Shown here: positions 40,547 to 50,634 of the stretch, piece after piece
Layout: each line of letters begins with the position of its first letter
Numbering within the stretch: the first letter of the stretch is position 1
Source of the DNA: an uncultured Acidobacteriota bacterium
Lineage (GTDB): Bacteria > Acidobacteriota > Vicinamibacteria > Vicinamibacterales > UBA2999
Assembly: GCA_963751025.1 (NCBI GenBank)
Contig: CAVVTC010000005.1
Location: 414,515-478,514 of the forward strand
DNA length: 64,000 nt
Direction of reading: 5' to 3'
Translations under genes and position numbers: made by a program
Notes under the pieces: model-generated
What the model was told of the DNA's origin: nothing
Database searches by the model: none
Seen by the model: the letters and a program-made list of their open reading frames with translations, nothing else

Positions 40547-43216
40547 ATGTTCCGCAAGCGACCATCCGACGACGAGATGCGCGAGGAGCTCGAGGCGCAC
40601 GTGGCGATGCGCGCGGAGCACGACCGCGTGGACGAGGCCGCCGCGCGGCGCCGTCTGGGCAACATCCTGCACACGCGCGAGTCGATGCGCCGCGTCTGGA
40701 TCGCCGAGTGGTGGGACGCGCTGCGACAGGACGCGCACTATACGTGGCGCTCGTGGCGGCGGCATCCCGGCTTCGCACTCGGGGCCATCCTCGTGCTGGC
40801 ACTCGGCCTCGGCGCCTCGACGGCACTCTTCGCGGCGCTCGACCGCGTGCTCTTCAGGCCGTTGCCGTACGCGGATCCCGATCGCCTCGTCTCGGTCGGG
40901 TCGGTCACCTTCTCGCCCGACGGATCTCGGTGGCCGCGGGCGTGGCCGAGTCGATTACCGACAGGTTTTACGTGCAGGAGTGGGAGACGCCGCCGGCGCC
41001 GTTCCAGTCGGTGACGACGATGGCCGCCCTCGTCTCCGGTGCTCGGACGTGCGAGATCGCCGAGGGACAGCCGGAAGGTCTGCGGTGCGAGCTCGTCGAG
41101 CGCAACTTTCTTCGCGTGCTGGGCGCGCGCATCGCGCTGGGCCGCGACTTTGCGCCCGAAGACGACGTGCGCGGGGCGCCGCCGGTCGCGCTCATCAGCC
41201 ATGCGCTGTGGGTCCGGCGCTTCGGCGCGGATCCAGGAGTGGTCGATCGGACGGTGAGTCTCGAGAGAGCGTCATCGCTCCTGCAGGCCCGCATCGTCGG
41301 CGTCCTGCCGCCCGACTTCGAGATGCCGTTCGAAACCGCCGACATCCTGCTCCCGGCTCAAATGCGTCCCCTCGACCCGAAGTCCCCGTTCCGAATGTCG
41401 ACCACGGTGCTCGCACGACTCAGGCCGGACGTGACGCCCGATCGCGCGAGGCTGATGCTGCAGTCCCAGTGGCCGGCGATGATGAAACTGCCGCCCGCGC
41501 TTCCGTCAGGAATGGCGCGTGCGGCCGCTGCACGACCGGCGGGTCGGCGATGCCCCGCGCGTCGCCTGGCTGCTCATGGGCGCGGTGGCCGTCTTCCTGC
41601 TGATCGCCTGCGTGAACGTCACCAACCTCATGCTGGCGCGCGTCGGCGAGCGCCGCCGGGAGTTCGGGGTCCGGGCCGCCATTGGCGCGGGCAGGACGCG
41701 GCTCGCGCGCCTGGCGCTCGCCGAGAGCCTGCTGCTCGCGCTCGCGGCCGGCGGCATCGGGCTCCTCGTCGCGTTCGCCCTCCTCGAGACGTTCGTGGCG
41801 ATGGCGCCGCCGGGCATTCCGGGCGTCGCGGATGCCGTCGATCGACCTGCGCGTCTTCGCCGTGGCTGCGCTGCTCGTCGTCCTCACCGGGACCGCCATC
41901 GGCGTGTGGCCGGCGGTCTCCGTCTTTCGCGCGGGTGCGATGCACGGACTGCGTTCGACGGCCACGTCATCGCCGGGCGCGCGGCCGCGCGTCCGATTTG
42001 CGCTGGTCACCACGCAGATCGCGCTGACGCTGGCGCTGCTCGGCGGCTCCGCACTGCTGCTGCGAAGCCTGTGGAACGTGGTCAGCGTGCCGCTCGGTTT
42101 CGACGTCGAGCGTGTGATCACGATGACCGCGGGGCTCAGCCGCGTCCGGTATCCGACGGTCGAGCACGGGGCCGTGTTCTTCGAAGAGCTGCTCGCACGT
42201 GCGCGGGCCATGCCGGGTGCGGTATCAGTGGCGCTGAGCGATTCATCGCCGCCACCCCGGTCCTCCGGGGCAGTGCTTCAGGGGTGGGAGGTCGAAGGCC
42301 GCCCGGTCGAACCCAACGCGCGTCGGCCACCGATCCGCATCCGATCGGTGACGCCGCACTATTTTGAAACGTTCCGAATCCCGGCGGTCCGGGGTCGGAC
42401 GTTCCAGGAGGCCGACTGGGCCGGCGAGCCGGCCCTCGTGCTCACCGAATCCGCCGAACGAATGCTCTTGGCCGGAGAGAGCGCCGTCGGACGTCGCCTG
42501 CGGCCCGGCCCGCTTCGCCATCACGGCTGGCCCGCCAGCGCCCGTGGTACACAGTGGTGGGGGTGATCGCGGACACCCGAAACGGTCAGGCCCTCACTGA
42601 CGAGCCGAGCCCCGAGATCTACTTTGTGGCGCGGCCGGGACGGTGGGGAGGGCCGATGGCCGCTACCGCTTTCGCGGCGGTGGGAGGCCACCTGTCGCTT
42701 CGCACGACGGCCAGTCCTGCCGATGCGGCCGCCTTCCTGCGGCAGATCGTCGCCGACCTCGATCCGAGGCAGCTCGTGACCATCGAGACCGGCGACGAGC
42801 AGTTCACGCTCCTCACCGCGCAGCCGCGCTTCATCGCATGGCTGCTCACGGCGTTCGCCGCGCTCGCACTGGTGCTGGCCGCCGCCGGGCTGTACAGCGT
42901 CGCGTCCTACCTGGTGCTGCAGCGGCGCCGCGACATCGGCGTGCGGATGGCGATCGGCGCCTCGCCGCGCGACGTGGCGCGACAGTTCGTGGGCGAAGCC
43001 GGGCGCTGGATCATCGGCGGCGCGGTGGCCGGCTCTGCGCTCGGCTGGATGGGCACGCGCGCGCTGCAGTCCCAGCTCTATCAGGTGGAGGCGCTGGACC
43101 CGTGGTCGTGGACGGGCGCGCTGCTCGCGCTCGCGGTGGTCCTGGTGATGGCGGTCTTCAGACCTGCGTATCGCGCCGCCCACGTTGACCCGGTCGCGGC
43201 GCTGAGGTCCGAGTGA
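40547..43216 (+). pseudogene. ADOP-family orphan permease 2 (tandem paralog), 4 frame breaks (about 40915, 41512, 41838, 42545)
   Basis: MFRKRPSDDEMREELEAHVAMRAEHD..., CVNVTNLMLARVGERRREFGVRAAIGAGRTRL, LYSVASYLVLQRRRDIGVRMAIGASPRDV, ...YRAAHVDPVAALRSE-stop. The ATG lies 1 nt after the ADOP1 stop, with SD gaggag. Confidence 0.85.
40562..40761 (+). repeat. Near-identical 5' tract shared by tandem ADOP genes (copy 2)
   Basis: See 37932..38131. Confidence 0.8.
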
Positions 43217-43241
43217 TCTGCGACTATCGGAAAGGCTTACA

Positions 43242-43670
43242 ATGCCGTCCGATCAGGTTGCGAGGACAACAGACATGAAGGTTGCCGGTGCCATCGCCTT
43301 CGCGCTCTTCGTCGGGACCGCCACGCTCGCCGCGCATCATTCCTTCGCGGCTGAGTACGACGGCGCCAAGCCGATCACGCTCTCAGGAACCGTCGCCAAG
43401 ATCGACTGGCAGAACCCGCACATCTACTTCTACCTGGACGTGAAGGACGACAAGGGCGCCGTCACGCAGTGGAAGATCGAAGGCTATCCGCCGAACATGC
43501 TCGTCCGTCAGGGCTGGAAGAAAGACGTCACGATGAAAGTCGGCGACGCGGTCAAGGTCTTCGGCTGGCGCGCGCGGACCGAGGTGCCGCAGGCGGCCGG
43601 CCGTGACGTCACGTTCGCCGACGGCAAGAAACTGAACTGCGGACCGCCGGCCGGCACCGGCGGCCAGTAG
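43242..43670 (+). CDS. DUF6152-family secreted protein
   Basis: Intact: ...TATLAAHHSFAAEYDGAKPITLSGTVAKIDWQNPHIYFYLDV...WKIEGYPPNMLVRQGWKKD...GDAVKVFGWRAR. The alternative start MKVAG at 43275 is equally possible. Confidence 0.7.
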   Translation: MPSDQVARTTDMKVAGAIAFALFVGTATLAAHHSFAAEYDGAKPITLSGTVAKIDWQNPHIYFYLDVKDDKGAVTQWKIEGYPPNMLVRQGWKKDVTMKVGDAVKVFGWRARTEVPQAAGRDVTFADGKKLNCGPPAGTGGQ

Positions 43671-43688
43671 GGACGAAGGAGCGACGCC

Positions 43689-44481
43689 GTGATCCGTCTC
43701 TTCGTTTCACTGGCCGCGGCCAGCGCGCTGCTCGTCGACACCTCTCCTCGCTCAGACGCCCGTGGCGAAAGCCGAGTTCCGCGAACCGCGGACGGCAAGC
43801 CTGATCTCTCCGGTGTGTGGGTCGGCGGCGGATTCGCGCTGCTGTTCGGAGACGCCGAGCTCGAGGCGATTCGCAAGTACGACGCGGCGATGGGACGCAA
43901 GCCGCTGCCCCCGCCCGAACCTCCACCCTACAAGCCCGAGGCCGAGAAGAAGCGGCAGGAGTATCTCGCGCGCCGGGGCATGGACGATCCGATGGCGCGA
44001 TGCCTGCTGTCAGGCGTGCCGCGCATCACCGTGAGGCCGCTGCCCTTCGAGATCATCCAGCAGCCGCATCGAGTCGTCATCCTCTACGAGGTCCACCACG
44101 CCTTCCGCTTCATTCCCGACCGACGGCCGCGGCCATCCCGACGACATCGAGCCGTCGTATCTCGGCGATTCAGTCGGACGATGGGAGGGCGACACGCTCG
44201 TGGTGGACGTCACCGGCTTCAACACCAACACCTGGCTCGTCGGCGTCGGCACATTCCACAGCGAGAAGCTGCGCGTCACCGAGCGTTACACGCGCGACAC
44301 GCACGACACGATCATCTACGAAGCGACGATGGAAGACCCGGAGGTGCTGACGAAGCCGTGGAAGCAGTACGCCACGCTGAGGCTGAGGCCCGGCGAGCGC
44401 ATCCGTGAGTACGAGTGCATCGAGAACAACGAAGACCTTCAGCGCTTCGAGAAGCTGTTGCAGACCGAGTTCAAGAAGTAG
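43689..44481 (+). pseudogene. Conserved hypothetical secreted protein (usual partner of DUF6152), one frame break near 44118
   Basis: GTG at 43689 with SD aaggag. The sequence reads ...TADGKPDLSGVW...RCLLSGVPRITVRPLPFEIIQQPHRVVILYEVHHAFRFIP | TDGRGHPDDIEPSYLGDSVGRWEGDTLVVDVTGFNTNTWL...EYECIENNEDLQRF. Confidence 0.55.
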
Positions 44482-44608
44482 CTCATCCTCGAAGTAGGGC
44501 CCTAGCCGCCGCAACGTTCAGTATTCCCCGGTTACTCATCGCTGACATCCTGCCCGGTACGAATTGCGCACGACCGCGTCGCGCGCAGCGCATGCGGCGT
44601 GTGTGCAT

Positions 44609-44624
44609 GGGTACGACAGTTGCC
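44609..44624 (+). promoter_or_regulatory. Sigma-54-type -24/-12 candidate upstream of the Q-rich/BON pair
   Basis: gGGtACGacagTTGCc: 9 of 12 consensus positions with correct GG-N10-GC spacing. The predicted TSS is near 44635, about 75 nt before the ATG at 44710. Confidence 0.4.
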
Positions 44625-44709
44625 ACTCGCACGCTGGTTTCCGCGTCCTCGATCGTGCTGACACGATCGACGCGCGGACTCGGCAGAAACGATCACCGGG
44701 AGGAACATA

Positions 44710-45076
44710 ATGGGCGGAACTCAACTAGGGTTCGGAACACCGACGATCAATCCGGCGCAGTCGATGGCCTTCGGAACACCGTGGACCTCAGGCTCGTACG
44801 GCGCACATGCGCCGCAGCAGCTCCTGCAGTCGCTGCAGCAGCTCGTGCAGCTCGATTACATCCACCAGCAGCAGCTGCTGCATGCTCGTACCGCAGAGGA
44901 TTCAGCTGCTTCAGCAGATTCAGTATCTGCTCCAGCTCGTGGGACAGCAGCACCAACCCTTCCTGCCACAAGTAGGCTTTCCGATCTCGTCCTTCGTCGG
45001 ATCGAACCCCTGGCTCGGCGGCACTCAAGGCGTCCAGCCGCAGATCTTCGGTGGACAGCCCGGATACGTGATGTAG
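44710..45076 (+). pseudogene. Small low-complexity protein: G/T/P/W-rich ends flanking a Q/L-rich heptad core; one frame break near 44880
   Basis: MGGTQLGFGTPTINPAQSMAFGTPWTSGSYGAHAPQQLLQSLQQLVQLDYIHQQQLLH | MLVPQRIQLLQQIQYLLQLVGQQHQPFLPQVGFPISSFVGSNPWLGGTQGVQPQIFGGQPGYVM (ORFs 44710.. and 44807..45076). Confidence 0.5.
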
Positions 45077-45099
45077 CCAGTCGAGAAAGGAGATCTCAC

Positions 45100-45657
45100 A
45101 TGATTCCAGCCGTCTTTGGTTCGGTGACACCGAACTGGACTGGCGTATCGCCCGGGCTCACATGGCCGGGCCTCGGTGTGTCGTCGCTGTCGAGCGTCGA
45201 CAGCGGGTCCAGCACGGTGCCTGGCGGCAGTTATGGACTCGCTGGCGGGTTCGGCCAGCCGTCCCCTGGCTGGGGCCTGGGCGCCGGAGCGCTCGGAACG
45301 CCGTTCGTGATCCCCGGAGGCGTCACCGCACCCGCACTGTTAGCGGCGATCGCCATGAGACGCGGGCAGCCTCAGGGCCCGACGAGCGAGCAGGACGTCG
45401 AAGAGTTCATCTACGACGCTCTCGAGTTGCTGTCTGGCGCCGGAGACATCGAAGTGCGTTGTGAGGGAGGCCGGGTCTCGTTGACCGGTTCGGTCCCGCA
45501 CAAGCGGTTCAAGCGGGACGCCGGCGAGATCGCCTGGGCGATCCCGGGCATCAGCGACGTCAACAACACGATCACGATCACGGCCCGACGCCGATCGCGC
45601 GCGTTCAGCCGGGAGACCGAAACGCCACCGAGCGGGCAGAGCCGCAAGCAGGCATAG
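45100..45657 (+). CDS. BON-domain protein with G/P/W-rich disordered N-terminal half
   Basis: ATG at 45100 after SD aaaggag. N-half: FGSVTPNWTGVSPGLTWPGLG...GGFGQPSPGWGLGAGALG. BON core: DIEVRCEGGRVSLTGSVPHKRFKRDAGEIAWAIPGISDVNNTITI. Confidence 0.7.
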   Translation: MIPAVFGSVTPNWTGVSPGLTWPGLGVSSLSSVDSGSSTVPGGSYGLAGGFGQPSPGWGLGAGALGTPFVIPGGVTAPALLAAIAMRRGQPQGPTSEQDVEEFIYDALELLSGAGDIEVRCEGGRVSLTGSVPHKRFKRDAGEIAWAIPGISDVNNTITITARRRSRAFSRETETPPSGQSRKQA

Positions 45658-45667
45658 AGGAGGAGTA

Positions 45668-45688
45668 GAGGCGGGTCAGACCCGCCTC
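45668..45688. terminator. REP-like GC hairpin (family copy 3) between convergent genes
   Basis: gtagaggcggg-tcaga-cccgcctc, 10 nt after the BON-gene stop and 3 nt before the stop of the minus-strand gene. Confidence 0.6.
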
Positions 45689-45690
45689 CA

Positions 45691-46119
45691 TCAATCGGGC
45701 TTGAACTCGGCGTCGAGCAGCACGCGGCGTGGTGTCTGCTTGGCGCCGGCGTTCTCGAAGAAGAACGTGTGCTTGCCGGCGGCCGAGACCTTCACCTGGA
45801 ACGTCCCGGACGAGCCCTTGAACGACGAGTCCAGCACCGCATCGCTCGGGTCGGTCAGCGTGAAACCCGAGAGCGTGTTGTTGCCGCCGTTGCCAGTGGA
45901 CCGCCATTTACCCGACAGCGTCCCCGGAACAGCCGGAGCCGCAAACGACACGCTCTGCACCGAGCCGGCTGCGAGATCGAATTCCTTGCTGATTCGCGTC
46001 GTCGCCAGTCGCTCCCACGAGCGAACGCCGCTCGACGGCCTCGTCGCGCGTGAGGACCACTGCACGGCAAGGCCCAGAACGACAACGACGGCAATCCCCG
46101 GGAGGATGAATTTCTTCAT
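45691..46119 (-). CDS. Hypothetical secreted/anchored protein (142 aa)
   Basis: Intact ORF with an MKKFILPGIAVVVVLGLAV signal/anchor and a beta-rich remainder. No known motif recognised. Confidence 0.55.
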   Translation of the reverse strand: MKKFILPGIAVVVVLGLAVQWSSRATRPSSGVRSWERLATTRISKEFDLAAGSVQSVSFAAPAVPGTLSGKWRSTGNGGNNTLSGFTLTDPSDAVLDSSFKGSSGTFQVKVSAAGKHTFFFENAGAKQTPRRVLLDAEFKPD

Positions 46120-46193
46120 TTGACTACCTCTCTGCGCGGTCCTTCACTCGACGAGCGTCCCGCTGATCCACTTATCGGTCGGACCCGGCTGAA

Positions 46194-48845
46194 CTATTCG
46201 TGGCGCAGGACGAGCATCGGATTGGTCTTCGAGGCGCGCCAGGCTGGAATGGAGAAGGCGGCCAGCGCGACAGCCATCATGAATGCGAAAGCACCAAGCA
46301 CGATCGAGAGCTCCGGCGCCGGAAGATTCGGCATCATCGACGACAGCATGCGGCGCAGCCCAAGTCCTCCGACCAGTCCGGCGGCAGCGCCCACGATCGG
46401 TGAGGCCGACGCCTTGTTTGAGCACGAGCCACAGCACGACCGACTGTCGCGCGCCGAGAGCGATGCGCATGACCAAGCTCACCGGCCCGCTGCGCAGTGG
46501 AGTACGAGACGACACCGAAAATTCCAACCGCGGCGAGGACGAGACCGAGCATCGCGAAGCCGCCGAGGACGTTGGCGAGCAGTCGGAGACTCGCCGTCTG
46601 CCGCTGTTCGATTGCGATCGCCGTCATCGACACCATACACGGGCAGGTCCGCATCGAGCGCCGCCACCGCGCGCCGCAGGTCTGCGGCCACGGCGTCAGG
46701 CTCACGCGCGGTGCGCAGCAGGATGTTCACGGCGACGGTTCCGGTCTGCGCCAGCGGCTGATACACCGCGAAGGGAGTGTCAACGTTTGACGAGCTGCCA
46801 AACGAGGGGAAGGTCACGTCACCGACGACGCCGACGACCTCGCGCCAGTTCGGGTTCGGTCCGCGGAATCCGATGCGCTTGCCGATCGGATCGTCGTTGG
46901 GCCACAGCGTGCGAGCCATGGTTTCGTTGATCACCATCACCGGCGCGCGGCCGAACCGATCGTCGGGCGTGAACACGCGGCCGCGCCGCACGCGGGATCC
47001 GCAGCGTGTCGAAGTATTCCGGCGTCACGCGCTCGTTGTAGCCAAGCACCGGATCCTCGCGACCTTCGACGAGGAAGGTCGTGCTCGAGCCGTACGGCAC
47101 TGCCGGGACCGTCGAACTCGAGACAGCGACGCTGGTGGCGCCGGGGATTTCCGCGGCGCGATCCCGTAGCGTCTCGAAGAACACCCGGCGCGCGTCTGGC
47201 TGCGTGTAGTTGGGGCCGACAAGGTTGAGGCGCGCCGCCAGCACGCCATCGGCGCGCCAGCCGGGATCGACGCCGGTGAGCCGCTGCAGGCCACGAAGGA
47301 GTGACACCGCCCCGACCAGGATGATCAGCGCGAAGGCGATCTCGGCCACGATGAGTCCCTGCCGGAACCGCTGCGGTCCGCGGCCAGCCGTCATGCTCTG
47401 GGGGTTCTGCTTCAGCACGTCGTTGACGTCGGCCCGCGACGCGAGCCACGCCGGCACGGCGCCGAAGATCAGACCGGTCGTGATCGCGCATGCGAGCGCG
47501 AAGATCAGCGTTGCAGGTTCCAGCGTGATGCGGACGCCGGGCAGGTCCGCAAACTGCCGGCTGGCGATGAGACGCGTGCACCAGAACGAGAGCGGAATCG
47601 CGATCGATCCGCCGACGAACGACAGCACCAGGCTGTCGGTCAGCGACTGCCTGAGCAGCCGTCCCTTGCCGCCGCCGATCGCGCCGCGAATCGCGAACTC
47701 GCGCGCCCGGGCGCCCGTCCTCGCCAGCTGCAGGTTGGCCAGGTTCACGCAGGCGATGAGCAGCACCAGGAACGTCAGGCCGAACGCAAACGCCGAGATC
47801 CGGCGCATCACCGGGTTGACGATGCTGAGGGACTCGATGCGAACGCTTTCACGCTGATCGAGATTCGTGTTCTCGGCGAGGATCTGTCTGGCAATGCACC
47901 TTCACGGCCGCGTCGGCCTGATCGGGTGTGACGCCCGGCTTGAGACGCCCGAACTCGCGCAGAAAGTTGTTCCCTCGATTCTGTCGAGACTCCGCCGAGG
48001 CCGCGAACGGACGCCACAGATCGAGGCTTCCCCAGAAGAGCGGATAGTCGAAATCCTTCGGCATCACGCCGATGACGGTCGCGTTGCGCCCGTCGAGCCG
48101 CATCGAGCGGCCGACAACGGCGGGATCACCATTGAATCGTCGTTGCCAGAATCCGTACGACAACACGACGACCGGTTCGGCGCCGGTCTGATCGTCGGCA
48201 TCCGTAAATGCCCGGCCCATCAACGGCGCGACGCCGAACAACGGGAAGAAGTTGCCGGTGGTACGAAGCGCAAACAGGCGCTCGGCAGGCTGGCCGGGAT
48301 CGGCAAAGCTGGCGTCCTCCCATGTCAGCGCGGCGAGATGCTCGAAGACCGTATTCCGCGCGCGATGATCCAGGTAGTTGGCCATCGAGTGCGGCCAGCG
48401 ATCGGACTGCGGCGACGTGCGGAAGACGTTGACGATGCGATCGGGTTCGGGATACGGAAGCGGCTTGAAGAGCAGCGGATTCAGGACGCTGAAGATCGTC
48501 GCGTTGGCACCGACGCCCAGCACCACGGTCAGCACCGCAGCGATCGTGAAGCGCGGCGTCTTGCGCAGCCCGCGGAGCCCGTATCTGACATCCTGCATGG
48601 CGTCACGCGCCCAGCGAAGCGGTCGCACGTCGCGCGACCGTTCCTTGACCTGCTCGACGCCGCCGATCTCCACGCGCGCGCGGCGGTAGGCCTCCTGGTC
48701 GCTCATGCCGTCGCTCAGCGTTGGCCCGCGTCTGCATCGCCACATGAAACGCGAGCTCGTCGTCGAGGTCGCTTTCGACGCGTTTCGTGCGGAAGACGGC
48801 GGTCAGCCGCGCAGGGATCGCGTACATCCAGCGGCGCCATTCCAT
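46194..48845 (-). pseudogene. ADOP-family orphan permease 4, at least 6 frame breaks
   Basis: MEWRRWMYAIPARLTAVFRTKRVESDLDDELAFHV..., LRKTPRFTIAAVLTVVLGVGANATIFS, CVNLANLQLARTGARAREFAIRGAIGGGKGRL, VVSYSTAQR, IALGARQS, ...SIPAWRASKTNPMLVLRHE-stop, spread over 7 ORF-track pieces. Confidence 0.85.
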
Positions 48846-48848
48846 GTG

Positions 48849-49182
48849 TCAGATCTCCTTGAGCGCGAGGACCCGGCTGATGGCCGACGTCAGCCGCCGC
48901 CAGTTGGCCGTTTCCTGGTCCAGGTATCGCCGTCCCGCCCTGGTCAGCGAATAGAACTTCGCTCGCCTCCCCAGCTCGCTCGTCTTCCATTCCGCGGTAA
49001 TCCATCCCGCGAGCTCGAGCTTGTGGAGCGCGGGATACAGAGAGCCGTCGCTGACCTGTAACTCGTCGCCGGACACCTGTTTGAGCCGCTGGCTGATCGC
49101 CCAGCCGTGCAGCGGCTCGAGCGCCAGAATCTTGAGGAGCGAAGGTCCGGGTGCCCTGAACCAGATCAGGTGGTTTACTCAT
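48849..49182 (-). pseudogene. PadR-family transcriptional regulator, two close single-nt deletions near 49140-49150
   Basis: MSKPPDLVQGT... then, one frame over, LLKILALEPLHGWAISQRLKQVSGDELQVSDGSLYPALHKLELAGWITAEW...FYSLTRAGRRYL. Confidence 0.8.
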
Positions 49183-49186
49183 GGCT

Positions 49187-49259
49187 CTCGGTTACCGATG
49201 CTATACCGACGCAGCCTTTGACGTAGGAGGCGCTTCGAAAGGTTGGCTCGGTAACCGAG
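49187..49259 (-). promoter_or_regulatory. Pair of GGTNACC-centred dyads upstream of PadR (operator candidates)
   Basis: ctcggttaccgat at 49187-49199 (5 nt from the ATG) and the perfect 13-nt palindrome ctcggtaaccgag at 49247-49259. Confidence 0.3.
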
Positions 49260-49318
49260 TTAGGCGCAACGACCCGACAGACATCCATCTGTCGGCCTGT
49301 CAGGAGAGACCATGCCCT

Positions 49319-49390
49319 GGGCATCACGCCGATGATGGTGGCCGAAGCGCCGTCCAGACGGATTGACCGCCCGATGTCCGCCGGGTCGTT
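49319..49390 (-). pseudogene. Short relic of an ADOP permease gene
   Basis: NDPADIGRSIRLDGASATIIGVMP in ORF 49175..49426 matches NGDPAVVGRSMRLDGRNATVIGVMP of ADOP4. The flanks do not align. Confidence 0.4.
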
Positions 49391-49422
49391 GCTACTTAGT
49401 AGACGGGCGCATCGAAAAAGGA

Positions 49423-49986
49423 TCACTCTCCGTCGAGCGCGGCGATCTCCCGTTCGAGCTTCCGCGCACTCCGGGCGATCGTCCAGAGCACGCCGACGAA
49501 CATGGCCAGGGCGAGGACGATCAGCGCGACCACCTGCGACGCCGGACGGCCTTCGAGCACGCGCGCGAAGATGATCAGGCCGAAGCCTGGCGCGAACGGC
49601 AAGACGAACTTCCAGCCGTCACGAGAGAGCTCGTGTTGGCGCACCAGCTGCGACCGGTAGTGCTCGACGCAGTTCGTCAGCCCCAACGTGACGGCGCGAC
49701 ATGCGCGCGAGCGTGCCAGCCAGAACCGGTACACGATATACAGCAGCGCAAGAAACATCAGCAGGTCGCCCGCGCGCTCGACCACGTCGGTATCAACCCA
49801 GACCTCCCACACGTTCTTTGACCAGCAGCACGTGCGAATCATGAGGCCTCCCACGACGCTCCATCGCTGCGCTTTCATATCGAAATCCTTGGCCTTCGCG
49901 CGGATCTCCTCGACCGACATCGTCTGCCTCGCCGGCGGCTGCTGCCGCCACTCCTGCTCGATGCCTGGTTCGTGGTCATTCGCCAT
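49423..49986 (-). CDS. Membrane protein downstream of the ECF sigma factor (putative anti-sigma factor)
   Basis: MANDHEPGIEQEW... from the ATG at 49986, with three hydrophobic segments. The assignment rests on position immediately after the ECF sigma gene. Confidence 0.5.
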   Translation of the reverse strand: MANDHEPGIEQEWRQQPPARQTMSVEEIRAKAKDFDMKAQRWSVVGGLMIRTCCWSKNVWEVWVDTDVVERAGDLLMFLALLYIVYRFWLARSRACRAVTLGLTNCVEHYRSQLVRQHELSRDGWKFVLPFAPGFGLIIFARVLEGRPASQVVALIVLALAMFVGVLWTIARSARKLEREIAALDGE

Positions 49987-50543
49987 CGGTGACCGCCTTG
50001 ATGAAACTGCCGGACCAGAATCTGCTTGATCCGGCTGACCTTCGTGGACACGTTGGCCGCCGAGAGGCCGGTGATCTCCGCAATCGATGCCGCGTCTTCC
50101 TCTTCGAGGTACAGGAGCATCACCTGCCGATCGAGCGGCCTCAGACGCTGGATCAGTTCGTAGAGTCGATCGAGCGCGCGGCGGCGATCGAGTCCGTGTT
50201 CGCGATCGGGCGCGTCGGCGATCGAGTCGAGGTCCTCGTCCATCGCGACCAGGGTCGGCGCCACGGCCCGTGGCCTGATCACCCGCGAGATCGCGGTGTT
50301 GTGCGCCACCCGATAGACCCAGGTGCGCAGCGAGCATCGGCCGTCATAACGCGCGAGGCTCCGCCACAGCGCGACGTGGATGTCCTGCAGCAGGTCGCGC
50401 CGGGCTTCGGGATCTCGTTCGTAACCCGCCGCCAGCCGCTCGAGCGCCCGCCGAAGGCTCCTGCCGCCTCGACATAGCGGCTTCCTGCCCCTGGCGCCCC
50501 ACACCGTTGCGCATTCAGCGAAGATAGTCGCAGGAGGCGACAT
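49976..50543 (-). pseudogene. ECF-type sigma-70 family RNA polymerase sigma factor; probable frame break near 50005
   Basis: Region 2 reads DLLQDIHVALWRSLARYDGRCSLRTWVYRVAHNTAI and region 4 reads LDRQVMLLYLEEEDAASIAEITGLSAANVSTKVSRIKQIL. As assembled the ORF runs on to 49875, inside the next gene. Dropping one t of the ttt run gives ...RQFIKAVTDGE-stop at 49976. The N-terminus is also uncertain. Confidence 0.7.
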
Positions 50544-50634
50544 TCCTCACAGACGGGCCGCCTGACACGACCGCACAGGATACGCAGTTTTTGCCATCTC
50601 GCATCGCCCGGGAAAAGGGTCGATAATTCCGGTC

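Noticed and set aside
37899-43216. Mobile element or IS as the source of the repeated ADOP 5' tracts.
   Set aside because: The repeats are the homologous 5' coding ends of tandem paralogs. No transposase, integrase, inverted terminal repeats or target duplications were seen anywhere in the window.
49875-49986. A 112-nt overlap between the ECF sigma gene and the downstream membrane protein, as assembled.
   Set aside because: Removing one t from a ttt run gives a natural sigma C-terminus (…RQFIKAVTDGE-stop at 49976) with the usual short overlap. The long overlap is treated as an indel artefact.
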